Source: Octopus vulgaris (lineage: Eukaryota). Taken from it: DNA of 64,000 nucleotides. The translations under genes and the position numbers were made by a program. Below are positions 27,646 to 40,424 of the stretch, in pieces. Where the stretch lies: positions 75,392,001-75,456,000 of the forward strand of contig OX597818.1 in assembly GCA_951406725.2 (NCBI GenBank), written 5' to 3'. Under the pieces are notes generated by a model. That model had not been told where the DNA came from. It ran no database searches and saw nothing but the letters and a program-made list of their open reading frames with translations. How positions within the stretch are numbered: the first letter of the stretch is position 1; each line of letters opens with the position of its first letter.

Positions 27646-29464
27646 TCAAGAATTATATTCAATATATATGAATGTATATATGATGCACACATACGTATGT
27701 TGATATATATACAATACACACACATATATGTCTGTGTGTATGTGTGTGTATGTGTGTGTGCGTGTGTGTAGGTGTGTAGATGTGGGTGTGTGGGTTTGCG
27801 TATGTGTGTCCGTGTGGTTGTGCACGTGCTTTATACTTTTACTATTTTCAGTCATTAGACTAGGCTATCGCCTTCAATTCTTTTCTAAAGTATGTTCCGT
27901 TTCATGAATTATGAGTCTTTCAATAAGAACACACAGAAGGATAAGGTTAACGGGTATTTATCAAAACACTATGTGCTGACCTTAAGTAAAGCAGTGCTTA
28001 ACTAAGTGCTTGCTAAAGAAAACGACTGTACAGCTCATTTAAGGAACAATTATACCAACACATTAGCTTTTCCAAACACAGTCAAAACGTAAACATTACA
28101 TCATTGTCTATTTCTTCTGTCTTTACGTTCTGAGTTCAAATTCCGCCGAGGTCAACATTCCCTTTCATCCTTTCGGGGTCGATAAATTAAATACCAGTTG
28201 CGTACTAGTGCCGATTTAATCGACTGGCCTCCTCGCCAAAAATTTCGGGCCTTGTGCTTAGAGTAGAAAAGTACTACATCGTTGTCGGAACAAATTTGGT
28301 AAAACAAGGATAAGAGTAAGGTTGTATGGCATTTCTAGAGCAGACCCACTTTATACAATAGTGATTTAAATTCCTTACATTTATTTGGAAGAGAATTAAC
28401 ACATCATAAAGCATTCGATACCACAAATGGTTAGAGATAAAAACCTGACGTTGAAATGTAAAAACAATGTGATATTTTTGCTACTTCTTTTCGAGAGTAC
28501 AGACGGAGTATAAGTGGTGTCGTGAATGACATAATGCGGCGACATCTCTTTTACACTAATAACTGCGTCAAGTAGGCTGAAAAACGCTGTGCCCAAAATT
28601 CTTGTTCATTTGAATGAAATCATGGCTCAGAAGTACCTATGAGCATGAAGACTCAAACTAAATTACTAAAAAGTTTTGTATCTAACACCACGAGGTACAC
28701 ATATCTTAGTACGTATTTACAGACCATTTGTTTTTGTATGTGTATGCACACATTGACTTATAAATGTAAGATCTGTGGATCGAGGTGTATGAAGACGATT
28801 AGCTTCAAGCAGTCCATAATGAATATGAAACAACTTTCAGGGACAATATTGGTTTATTGATGCGGAGTGCTGTGAATTTTTTTCCTTATCGAAGTACGAT
28901 AAGCTGAAAATATGTTCTTTTTGTATTCCACGTTAGGCGACTAAGGTTGCCGGGTGTGCAAATAAGAATACAAGAGTTACGGAATGGAGTAGGTAAGACA
29001 CGGGCTACATATATTTCATAGCGGGCGGAACCTCAGAAGTGGTAAAAAACCAAGCGAGGTATATACCACCGGCTATTCTACAGGACAAGGATATCTTGAT
29101 TAAATTAAAGATTACATTGTCACAAGGATGTACATGTTGACGCATGGAAGATTCAGTCAGAATGTGTAGAGAGCACAGTGTAAGAGGGGTATGTAACAAT
29201 AGGGAGAAATAAGTATTTGAACAAGGGAAATGGAAGAAAATATCAAGGAGTGAGAGGAAGGAGGAATGAAAGTAAGGTCAATTGACTGGTATTAAAACAA
29301 TGGAGCTGTTTTGGCTGAGATACAGAATTTAGTAAGGGGTTTGATATTCGAGAAAAATATCATTTGGCGGAAAGAGGGTAGGGAAATATTTTTGGTCAAG
29401 GGAGAGAAAGAAAGTGTGTATGAATAAAACAAGTTAGAGTAAAGAATTTAAGTACAGTTATTTG

Positions 29465-29575
29465 ACTGTTGGCATATCATCCCATGATGAACCTTATCTA
29501 AGGTCTTTGCAAAATCAAGATATGTCACATCCACGTTTGAGCGATTCCCTAGCTGTTACGACACCCAGTCATAGT
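29465..29575 (-). pseudogene. CR1/Jockey-group LINE RT fragment
   Basis: NVDVTYLDFAKTLDKVHHGMI matches the VDVIYLDFxKAFDKV motif. Confidence 0.65.
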
Positions 29576-29673
29576 GTATATTTTTATACGTTCATGGGGA
29601 AGTGAAACATATACACCATGCATGTATATGTGTATAGATGTGTATGCACAAATCTTTGGATGCAAAGTACGTG

Positions 29674-29729
<56 letters not shown>

Positions 29730-30277
29730 CACAGATAGACATATGTATGATATGGTGGTGTGCGTGCTTGTGTGTATGTGTATGAGTGTGTGTGTACAGA
29801 CATTATGTGTCTGTCCGTCTGTGTCAGTGTGTGTATACTGTTCCGCTTACAGAGACACACACACGTACTCACAACACACAGATACACACACAGGGACATA
29901 TAAGTGTGTGTGTGAATATGTATGTATATATACACACGCACACGCACACATATGCACATACACTCAAACATATATATACACACAGACACACAGACACACA
30001 CGCAGACACACATATATATATATATATAAGTATACATATACACACATACAGAGTACCTGTGTGTGTATTTGTGTGTGTATTTGTGTGTGCATGTGTGTGT
30101 CTCTTTATGTCTGCGTATGCCTCGGAGTGCGTGCGTGCATATATATACATGTTTCCACTAATACATCTAATTATCTTTAACGCATACACTTTTTTATGTA
30201 CATCTTCATTGATTTTCTCATTGATATTGCTATTCCCTATATACGCTCAAATGTAATTCCTTCCGAGATAAATTGCA

Positions 30278-30379
30278 CTTCATATTTCGTGTCACCGATG
30301 AAGCTATAAGGTGTTATATAGGCACTCGACTACGAGTCCACTGCATCTTATAGCAGAAACAGTTGTAAGCTGATGAAGT
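30278..30379 (+). ncRNA. Type I hammerhead-like motif with long stem II
   Basis: CCGATGA (30295-30301), 11-bp stem GCTATAAGGTG/CATCTTATAGC, then A-GAAAC-AGTT-GTA. Distal stem I ACTTCAT/ATGAAGT; proximal stem I is weak. Confidence 0.5.
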
Positions 30380-30560
30380 TCAGATGTTAATCATTTATTC
30401 TTTTGTCATCTCTTTTTTTTACATACACATACACGTTCATTCCACTCTTCGTTCTTTCGTTCCCTCCCTCTCACATTTCCTGGCCGTCTCTTCATGCTTA
30501 CTTTCACTTCACTGAGTCTCTTTCATTTTTCTCTCACCTTAATCCTTCTATTCCTCTGCG

Positions 30561-30649
<89 letters not shown>

Positions 30650-30654
<5 letters not shown>

Positions 30655-31127
30655 CCACGTGACCGGTGTTCGACCAGGCCTGACCTTTCTTTCTTTGTTG
30701 GACTACTGTCCGTGCAACATCTATATTCTTTCCCGTGCTTGTCCCTGCCATAAGGCTTTAATTCCACACACGCCAGCTTAATTTAATTCGTCCTTAGTCG
30801 AAAGACACCTGTTGTTATGTCCTGTTATTTGTATTTGAGTAACATATCTGGGGTTTTTTCGTCCTTTTTTTTCGTATACATTCGCTGCTTTCTTCCAAGG
30901 AATGTAATGCTCTTAGCTTATTTTTCCTTGGGTCTGGCCAGATTGGAGCAATCTCGAGTATAACCAGCCGAAATTGTAAGGATAATCTCGAACTCGACTA
31001 AGGATAGAAAACTCCGAATGATCCGTCCTTGTTTTCCTTGTATCGTCTATCTGGATATTTTGTTTTCCCTGTTTTTGTTTCACCTAATTGCCTGGATGTT
31101 TTGCGTTCTTGTCCCATATTTGTGTTA
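30650..31127 (+). mobile_element. PLE-like terminal repeat, subfamily 2, ending in (TA)n
   Basis: Colinear with 37383-37745 (minus), from CGAAAGACACCT to GCGTTCTTGTCCCAT. Confidence 0.65.
30879..31020 (+). ncRNA. Non-circularly permuted hammerhead candidate, copy D (core G5A, AUC site)
   Basis: Hairpin CCAAGGAA/TTCCTTGG; IIa GTCTGG with IIb CCAGCC (1 mismatch); P0 AGATT/AATCT; III GCAAT/ATTGT; I TCGAGT/ACTCGA; core CTAAGGA; closing TTTCT/AGAAA and CATTCG/CGAATG. Confidence 0.6.
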
Positions 31128-31129
31128 TA

Positions 31130-31165
<36 letters not shown>

Positions 31166-31214
31166 TGTATGTATGTATGTATGTATGTATTATGTATGTA
31201 TGTATATGTATATA

Positions 31215-31472
31215 CTGTTGTGTCTGGGGAGAGTCATTTTCTTTTTGTGCCTTATAATTTAACACACACACCGGTAAAATTTCCACTTATTCCTTATTTT
31301 CCTAAAATTTTCGTTGCATCTTGCAACATTTTCAATAGAGAGTCAAGACTATTGAAAAGGTTGCAAGACGCCATGAAAATTTTAGGAAAATAAAAATAAG
31401 GAATAAGTGGAACCGGTGAGTGTGTTAAATTATAAGGCACAAAAAGAAAATGACTCTCCCCAGACTCAACAG
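31215..31472. repeat. Fold-back element (about 125-bp arms) carrying U3-A8 hammerhead motifs
   Basis: CTGTTGTGTCTGGGGAGAGTCA... is inverted at ...TGACTCTCCCCAGACTCAACAG. A single-arm relative lies at about 36820-36972. Confidence 0.9.
31301..31339 (-). ncRNA. Minimal hammerhead, U3-A8 core variant
   Basis: TCTA-TTGAAAA-T-GTTGC(AAGAT)GCAAC-GAAA-ATT-T^-TAGG. Confidence 0.55.
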
Positions 31473-31520
31473 AATATGCTTCAACACACGAACTCACATA
31501 AGGGATCTTGCAAACCAAAT

Positions 31521-31580
<60 letters not shown>

Positions 31581-31583
<3 letters not shown>

Positions 31584-31868
31584 AGGCGCAATGACCCAGT
31601 GGTTAGGACACCGGACTCATGGTCGGAGGATCGCAGCTTCGATTCCCAGACCGGGAGTTATGTGTGTTTATTGAGCGAAAACTCCTAAAGTTCAACGAGG
31701 CTCCGGCAGGGGGTGGTTGCGACCCCTGTTGTACTCTTTCGCCCCAACTTTCTCTCACTCTTTCTTCCTGTTTCTTGAGTAACGCTGGGGGGAATACATA
31801 CGCCATAGAAACCGGGAAACCGGGCCCATGAGCCTGGCTAGGCTTGAAGAGGGCGCATAAATAAATAA
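31581..31868 (+). mobile_element. tRNA-derived SINE family D
   Basis: A box TGACCCAGTGG, degenerate B box CTTCGATTCC, tail GAAACCGGGAAACCGGGCCCATGAGCC followed by (AAAT)n. Confidence 0.7.
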
Positions 31869-31883
31869 TATATATATATATAT

Positions 31884-31967
<84 letters not shown>

Positions 31968-31968
<1 letters not shown>

Positions 31969-32512
31969 CAGTACCAAGCAGTGGCTCTCATGGCTTCTGA
32001 TCTTAACTGATTGGAAGTGTCATCATGTACATTGTTTTGTCTTGGTATAAAAGATGGGCTACAGCAAATATTCTGCTCAATACCACAGATTTGCTTGTCA
32101 GTTGTTTGACTTTAACCAGTTGAGCATGTCTCTTAGTGGCTGACGATATGTGCATCTCTGATCACGAGCAGAAGTAGTGGGGAACATCATAGCCATGTGT
32201 TGAGAGGGATCCTTTGGGGTTTGAATAATTCACCTCTGGAAACATGGGTGTTTCATTCAACATCCTTAAACAACCCTTATTCAGAGACCTTTTGAGCGGG
32301 ATGGGCTACTCAACCTGAAGAAAATTCTAACTAGGCCCCACCTGCAAGGTCATGTGCTGTTTATCTTGATATGAGATCACCATGTCGCGCACATATGGTT
32401 GTGATGCATGTGCCTGGTGTACCCTTATCAGACGGGTAGTCATGATGGGTATATTGGGCTCCGTATATTTTACCCCAGTGTCACTTTGATGGCATGAACT
32501 GCTCTCTCACTC
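31968..32512 (+). mobile_element. Unclassified insertion of about 545 bp inside (TAA)n
   Basis: Complex sequence flanked by long (TAA)n on both sides (31885-31967 and 32513-32766). No intact ORF. Confidence 0.55.
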
Positions 32513-32571
<59 letters not shown>

Positions 32572-32585
32572 TAATAATAATAATG

Positions 32586-32659
<74 letters not shown>

Positions 32660-32667
32660 TAATAATG

Positions 32668-32766
<99 letters not shown>

Positions 32767-33799
32767 GGGAATATTATTCCAAACTTACAGTGGAAAATTC
32801 AATTTAGAAATACTAAATCAAATTTCACAAAATATAACATATATATATATATATAAATTAGAAAAAAAACACCTTTTATCAATTCAACAATGAAAAAATT
32901 TAATTATACCATATAGAAAAAAATTACATCCTAAAAAAAAAATTAAATATAAGATAAAAACATATACCAATGATTAAGTAATGTACAAAATAATAAATAA
33001 AACGTATATATTTGGTAAAATTTGTATGTATGTATACGCATGTATATTTGTATATGTGTGTGTGTGTGTACGTGTGCGTGTGTGTGTGTGTGTGTGCGTG
33101 TGTGCGTGTGTGTGTGTGCGTATGTGTGTGTGTGTATGTGTGTGGAAGAGTAAAGAACAAGCAGTAATTAAACCTCGAAAATTACAAGAAGAAAGAAAAC
33201 TTAAAATATTGCTGCTGAAGTTAGAATTTGCTAAATGAATTTCTGAAATTGTTCATCAAAAAGTGTGTGTGAAATTTCTTTCTATTAAGCTAAAACATTT
33301 GTCTTTTTTTTAGTATTATATTGTTTTTTAATATTATTTTCTTAACAAAATGCATTGTAGAAAAATTTTAAATCACTAGAATTGTGCTAAAATTAAACTC
33401 ATGTGGAATATATGTAATTCAGAAATAAGAGCAAAAAAAAATATAAACAAAATTCGAGGTAACAAAATAATTAATTTATTTAAAGTTTGCATTATTACAT
33501 AATAATGTATTTTGTATTTGCAGAGAAATATTTTTAAAAAATGGAAACTAATAAAGAAATTGGGTGCAAAACGTAGAAATGACTGTAGCTTTTTTTTGAA
33601 AAATTTTAATTTTATAATGCATTGTCAATTTTGCTTAAATTGCTATTAAGTAATTCTTTAAATGTATGAAGCGCTAGGTTTGTAATATTAAATCTTTAAT
33701 GTGTAAACTTACAAGTGATTATTCTTTTCACTAAAACTGAAAATAAATAGCTTCTAACATATTTTAATTCAAACTTTTATGTAAAAATTTTAACGATTT

Positions 33800-34770
33800 A
33801 GATTTCTAGCTCCAGTAACAATATTTTTACTTCTTTTTCTGCTTGTACTGCATTTTTCCAGGTTCAATGCTTAAGAATATTCTAGCGTTCTGCGCCCACA
33901 TTTTTCATTCAAGTCCACATTTTTTTAGGCAATGCTTCTGTTACTATAATTAATTATATTTATCTTTATATTTTTTATTGTAGTCATACTAAAATTAAGA
34001 TTAAAATGTTTTAGCTTAATACAAAGAAATTTTAAAAACAAAAATATTAACTTCAATTTTTTAAATTTTCAATAAAAAACAAAAATTATTTTTAAAAAAA
34101 GTATACTCACTATTTGATTAAAATTTTTACGAAATTATTTTGATACAAATTTTCTCAAACATCTGCAGCTTCATTTTTCTCAGCTTTTGAACGGTAGCTA
34201 GTCACATACCTGGTCAATATCAAACGCGTTTCTCCAATATATTGACAGTCAACATTTGCCTGCCATATTAAGAGCAGTAAAGGATTGTAATCATTGATAA
34301 ATTTTTCATCAGATGATTTTCTTTGAAGTTGATAAAGCTCTTTAACACCTTTTTCATTTCTTTTTGATTGAACAGTTTCAGCAACAGTGAAGAAATTGAG
34401 CATTCCTTCAGTTTTAGGAATGTCAAATCGGCATTTTTTCCCTTTCCATAAATTCTCCAAAAGGTTTTGCTGCATGAATGCATTTGAAAATTACTGACTA
34501 AATTGTAAAGATTAGGGCTTGATACTGAACATGGCAATCTGAAAATAATATTGTGTTCTATAAATTTTTGAATTATTTCTGGAGAATCTTTGTCATAAAT
34601 AGATGCTTAATCCACCCAAATTTTCACACGAACATGACAAACTCCTCTGTGGTGATACCCTATTCCCCAAAAATAATGTGTGGTGTTGCCACAAGTTGGA
34701 TTGTTTTTGCCAAAAACACTTTATTCATTACAGTCTGTAATCGGCGATAAAACTATAACTGCAAAAACAT
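33800..34770 (-). pseudogene. Helitron/Helentron Rep relic
   Basis: QMHSCSKT...KKCRFDIPK and FINDYNPLLLLIWQANVDCQYI...YVTSYRSKAE match Helitron2/Helentron Rep motifs (NxYNPxLLxxWxANxDIQ...YxxxYxSK). Confidence 0.75.
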
Positions 34771-35949
34771 CATTTAAAACAGAAAAGTTTCATAGTTTGA
34801 AGATATGCATTTCTCTAAACAAACTTTGAAGCGGCCACTGAGTTGGTATTTTAAAGAAAATTGAGGAAATTCCAAATGAAGAATAGCTGTGAAATCAGCT
34901 TAGAAGTTTGAGTAAATACCCTTAGAAAACAGGAAAAAAGTAATTGGCCTGCGAACCGCCTCAAAGGATCGAACCTTGTATCTCTCAAAGTCCGGGTAAA
35001 TACCCTGTACTATTGAGTTAAGTAACCCTCGACCTCGCAGAGTAACTTTTATAACGCTAAATATTTTTAAATGACAAAAATATTTTGATTTAGAATGATC
35101 ACCTTTTTCGTCCCTCCAGGCAACAGAACTTTGTAGCTAATATTTTCTGATGAGGTTTTCGCCATAAGATTCCTTTCATAGAGCTCTTTCATTTGAAGAC
35201 AACTAGTGTAAAGTTTTCTTTTACAACAGCTTAAATGTTTTGATTTAAAGTCAATTTTGGGGGTTACTTACCATTTTTTACGTCACCTAAAGCCACACTA
35301 TTTTTTTTTTCGTAGCAAATATGTTTAAAGAAATTTTCACCTAAAGATTCTTCTCATTGAGTACATTCTTATAAGTCCAATTAATCTATATTTTTCTTTT
35401 AAAATAACTGCAATATTTCGATTCAAAGTCAAATTTTGGCCTTACTCTCCCATTTTTAACCTTACATTTTGACCTAACATTTTTTTCTTATGAGCAGATT
35501 TCAATTATTTTATTTTTAAATATAGCTTAGGACCGGACCACCATTGCGAAAGAGACCACATTCAATTTGGTTGAGGGGTGAATTAGCGATATGGTTAAGC
35601 AAATTCGGCAACACATATATTTTACTGTCTCATAACTAGAGGTTACAGATATCAGTTGTTAATTCAATACCTGTTACTTAATCGATTTTATGAATTCACC
35701 ACAAATCTGGTGAGAATGTACCAACAAATAAGACCATAATAAACAAGTGAATAAAGATGAAACGCTTTCTATCGAGAAATTGAAAAACGGAAAACAAATC
35801 ATCACTGGTCTACAAAAGACTATCAGTTATGTTTCAATATTTATCAAATGTACACAAAGAAACAGCCTACCATTTGTCTCCAATAAAAATAGTGAAGGAA
35901 AGCATCATGGCGCTCCCCAATATGGGCTGGTTTGTCTCTGGATTATATT

Positions 35950-36765
35950 AACTGGCTAGAGTTAGTCTGTAAGGTGTTGGATAAGCCTTATTGAACCTAA
36001 AATTTTAGGTTGCGAGATCGCCGACGAGGTGACTTCCCGAGGCCAGTTGAGTAGGAGGACACTGCAGCGAGCATACAAGCCGCAAGCAGGTAAAGTCGAC
36101 CGCGAGTGCAATAAACTTATACACAGGTATTTCTTACATTTTACATGGGCAATATATATATATATTAAGAACAATCTTACTTAGAAAAGGATGCGTCCGT
36201 TCCGTCATATAACAAATTAATAAATAAAACATATGCATATATACATGCATATATGGGTACAGGACACCAAAAAAACGTTGAACACAATGAGAAACGAAAA
36301 CATAAACACAAAAACAAGGAAATGGACATACATGACTTCAATAAAACTTTCTTTCCCGCGAAAATCAAATTAAATAAAATCTGTCGTTACTGTCCTGTTT
36401 TTGTTACCATTTTTACCCCTCCGCAAAAAAATCTCAAATTTTATTTAATTTGATTTTCGCGGGAAGGAAAGTTTTATTGAAATCATGTATCGCCTTGACC
36501 TTCGAAACGTGGAGTAGATGAAACTAAGGCGACTGAAGAAGGGGAATTTTCCTTGTTTTGTATGTCCTGTACTCCATTTTTTCGTTGTTTAAAAGAAATG
36601 TCCACTTCCTTGTTTTTGTGTTTATGTTTTCGTTTCTCATTGTGTTCGACGTTTTTTTGGTGTCCTGTACCCATATATGCATGTATATATATACATGTAG
36701 AGGTAGGTACGTACATTTATGTATGTATATATGCATATGGTTTATTTAATAATCTATTATATATA
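35950..36765. mobile_element. PLE-like element, subfamily 1, with inverted partial duplications
   Basis: 36215-36330 is inverted at 36595-36750, and 36331-36380 is inverted at 36438-36488. Ends at (TA)n. Confidence 0.7.
36416..36544 (+). ncRNA. Non-circularly permuted hammerhead candidate, copy B (intact core, GUA site)
   Basis: CCCCT | hairpin CCGC..GCGG | IIa GAAGG | P0a GTTTTATT | IIIb TCATG-T-A^(36489) | Ib TCGCCTTG | IIb CCTTC-GAAA-IIIa CGTGG | P0b GATGAAAC | Ia TAAGGCGA-CTGAAGA | AGGGG. Confidence 0.8.
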
Positions 36766-37382
36766 TATATATATTATAATTAAGGGCTAAAGAAGGTTAT
36801 ATATATATATATATATATTATTGTGTCTGGGGATAGTCATTCTCTTTTAGTGCCTTATTATTTATAATACCGGTTAAATAATCGAACTCACCAGTTCGAT
36901 TTCCACTCATTCAGTTATTATTTTTCCTAATTTTTGTTGCGTCTTGCAATCTTTTCAATAGTCGTTGACTCTGTCCGTTATCAGAGCTGCATTTTTTGTT
37001 TATTTGTTTGTGCGCATGTACATGCGTCAGTGTGCATGTGTATACATACATGTATGTATGTATTTATATATGTGCTAGTGTGTGTGTGTGTGTGTGTGCA
37101 TGTTTCTATGTGTGTGTATTTGTGTGTACCTCTGTCTCCTTGTGGGTACATGTTTGAGTGTGTCTGTGTGTATGAGTTTGTGTGACGATGTACATGCGTC
37201 TGTTATGTATGGATGTGTGTCTCCATGTGTGTCTTTGTGTGTGTGTGAAGTGTGAGTGTGTGTATATGGTCATGTGCTTCAGTCTTCATTTGTGTATGTG
37301 TGTGCTTGTCTGTCCGTATTACCTATGTACCTACCTATCTATTTATCTATCTGTTTATTTACATATCCATTTACCTACACAC

Positions 37383-37851
<469 letters not shown>

Positions 37852-38422
37852 CATATATATATATATACATATATATACATATATACATATATACATACAT
37901 ACATATACACACACACACATACATACATACATACATACATACATACATACATACATACATACATACATACATACATGTCTGTAGCTGTGCACATGTGTGT
38001 TTGTATAATCTGAGCCAAATAATCTTAAGCTGTTGAGTATAAGACGCTTCTTTGATTCATAATAGGAAAAAAAACCACTACACTGAAAGAAACTGTTTCG
38101 CATCTGCATGTCTGTTGTTGGCGATACTATCATATGTAATCGTAAAAGTGTATGTTCCTATTCACGAAGTAGTCAATTATTGCTTCAATGAAAAAATCGG
38201 ATTACCATTTCATGCATGTACTGTGAACTGGCCGCAACGTGTATTGTTACAAGGGATTACTGTTATTATTGATATATCCTATTAATCTCTCAGGGTGTAT
38301 ACTTTTTTTAATACAACTTTTAATTTGGCTAGAAAATTATTTAAATGTTACTGGTAATAATGAATACACATAAAATGCACATCCATACGTATGTGCGAAC
38401 GTATATAATATGTATATGTGTG

Positions 38423-38480
<58 letters not shown>

Positions 38481-38484
<4 letters not shown>

Positions 38485-39265
38485 CTTACTTGGAGAACAG
38501 AAAGGAAACGAAACGAAACAACGCGAGGGCGCTCAGTCATGCAAATATTTAATAAATAAAATATATGCATACATACATACATGTACGTACCTACATCTAC
38601 ATGTATATATACATGCATATATAAATATATATATATACGTGAGTACAGGACACCAGAAATAGACGTAGAACTCAACGAGAGACGAAAACGTAAAAACAAA
38701 CATGGAAACGGACCTTTTTAACAACGAAAAAAACAGAGTACGAGACAAACAACACAAGGAAAATTCCCCTTTATCAGCTATCCCTAGTTCGACTCCATGC
38801 GTGTTTCGAAGGTAAAGACAGAACACGACTCCTCGAACTAATCCTTCCTGCGAAAGAATTAAATAAAATTCCTTTGCAGAGGGGTAAAAACAAGGAAAGA
38901 AAAAAATGTCACAAAAACAGGACGTAAAAGTAATACAAATAAAAATGCGAATAAAAAAATAAATACAAAATAAAAATACAAATACAAAAAATACAGTACA
39001 AGAAATCAAAACAAACAGGAAAACAAACAATGAGGGCCTTTTTTTAGCATAGACGAGGAAAAATTTAAGAGCGCAGGAAAATAGCGTGTTCACTTGTAGG
39101 AGGTTGCCAGCGGTTTTTACGTTTTCGTCTCTCGTTGAGTTCTACGTCTATTTGTGGCGTCCTGTACTCACGTATATATATATTTATATATGCATGTATA
39201 TATACATGTAGATGTAGGTACGTACATATATGTATGTATGTATGCATATATTTTATTTATAATAT
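38481..39265 (-). mobile_element. PLE-like element, subfamily 1, with inverted terminal duplication
   Basis: 38550-38697 is inverted at 39113-39262. Flanked by (TA)n on both sides. Confidence 0.7.
38766..38884 (-). ncRNA. Non-circularly permuted hammerhead candidate, copy C (core G8A, GUU site)
   Basis: CCCCT | hairpin CTGC..GCAG | IIa GAAGG | P0a TAGTTCGA | IIIb CGTG-T-T^ | Ib CTGTCTTTA | IIb CCTTC-GAAA-CACG | P0b TCGAAC(TA) | Ia TAGGGATAG-CTGATAA | AGGGG. Confidence 0.7.
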
Positions 39266-39599
39266 ATATATCTATATATATATATTCCTATTCATGCATA
39301 TGTATACATAAGTATGTATAAGTTTTATTGTGGAAAGAAATTATTATGGAAAGAACTATATGTACATTTAGAAAACGACACACGGATACGCTCGCGTACA
39401 GAATTATGCGATCATACACACCACAAACTATCTCACATACGTAGATAAGCACATACAAAGTTGTACACACTAACATATTTACATACGTACACACGCATAT
39501 GTAGTTAAATAGATATAGATATAGATATGTGTATATGTATATATCGCATGTATGCTGATACACTTACCATCATGTATATAAATATATATGTATGCATAT

Positions 39600-39633
<34 letters not shown>

Positions 39634-40162
39634 CAGAGACAGAGAGAGAGGGAGAGGACATACTTTTCATCTATATACACACAAACCATACACAAATGCA
39701 TGCATATACATATATATATATACATACCTACATACATACATATACACACATAATTGCTACATCACTATTTTCTTACCCACAAGCCTATGCAGACTTTATC
39801 ACAGAAAAATGAAAGTAATTCCCTGTCTACATCACCTTAATGTTTTCTCTTTGATTATTTTTCTTTCATTTTGTTTCATTTTATTTATTTTTATTTTCTT
39901 GGTATTTTAATGGATTTATTTTTATCTTTCATCTTTCCTTTTTCATCTTTTCATTCCAGCCCTGTTATCTTATTTCTCTTCTCATTTAGAATCTTCACTG
40001 ATGGGCAATAGTGTGTTGGGAGTAGGTGCGGGTGGTGATATATACATTTTTGAACGTAGTAGAGGTAGGTGTTGGTTTCGTTATAATATAAAATCATATT
40101 TACATCATGAACACATTGGAAAAAGCAATTTTCGGGCTTATCTGAAAACATTCAAGAATTTA

Positions 40163-40212
<50 letters not shown>

Positions 40213-40368
40213 GATGTAGTTGTTGGTAATGTTATTATTGTTACTTCTACTTTCCGGACTTTTCCTTTTTATATGCGCTTTATTTATATATTTGTTCATT
40301 TATATATAATATACATATACATATACATATATATATATACATACATATATATATACATATATATATAC

Positions 40369-40424
<56 letters not shown>

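Noticed and set aside
36499-36544. Reading the permuted ribozymes as ordinary type II hammerheads
   Set aside because: No NUH plus stem I hairpin lies between GAAA and CUGANGA; the partners of stems I and III are upstream of GAAA in all five copies.
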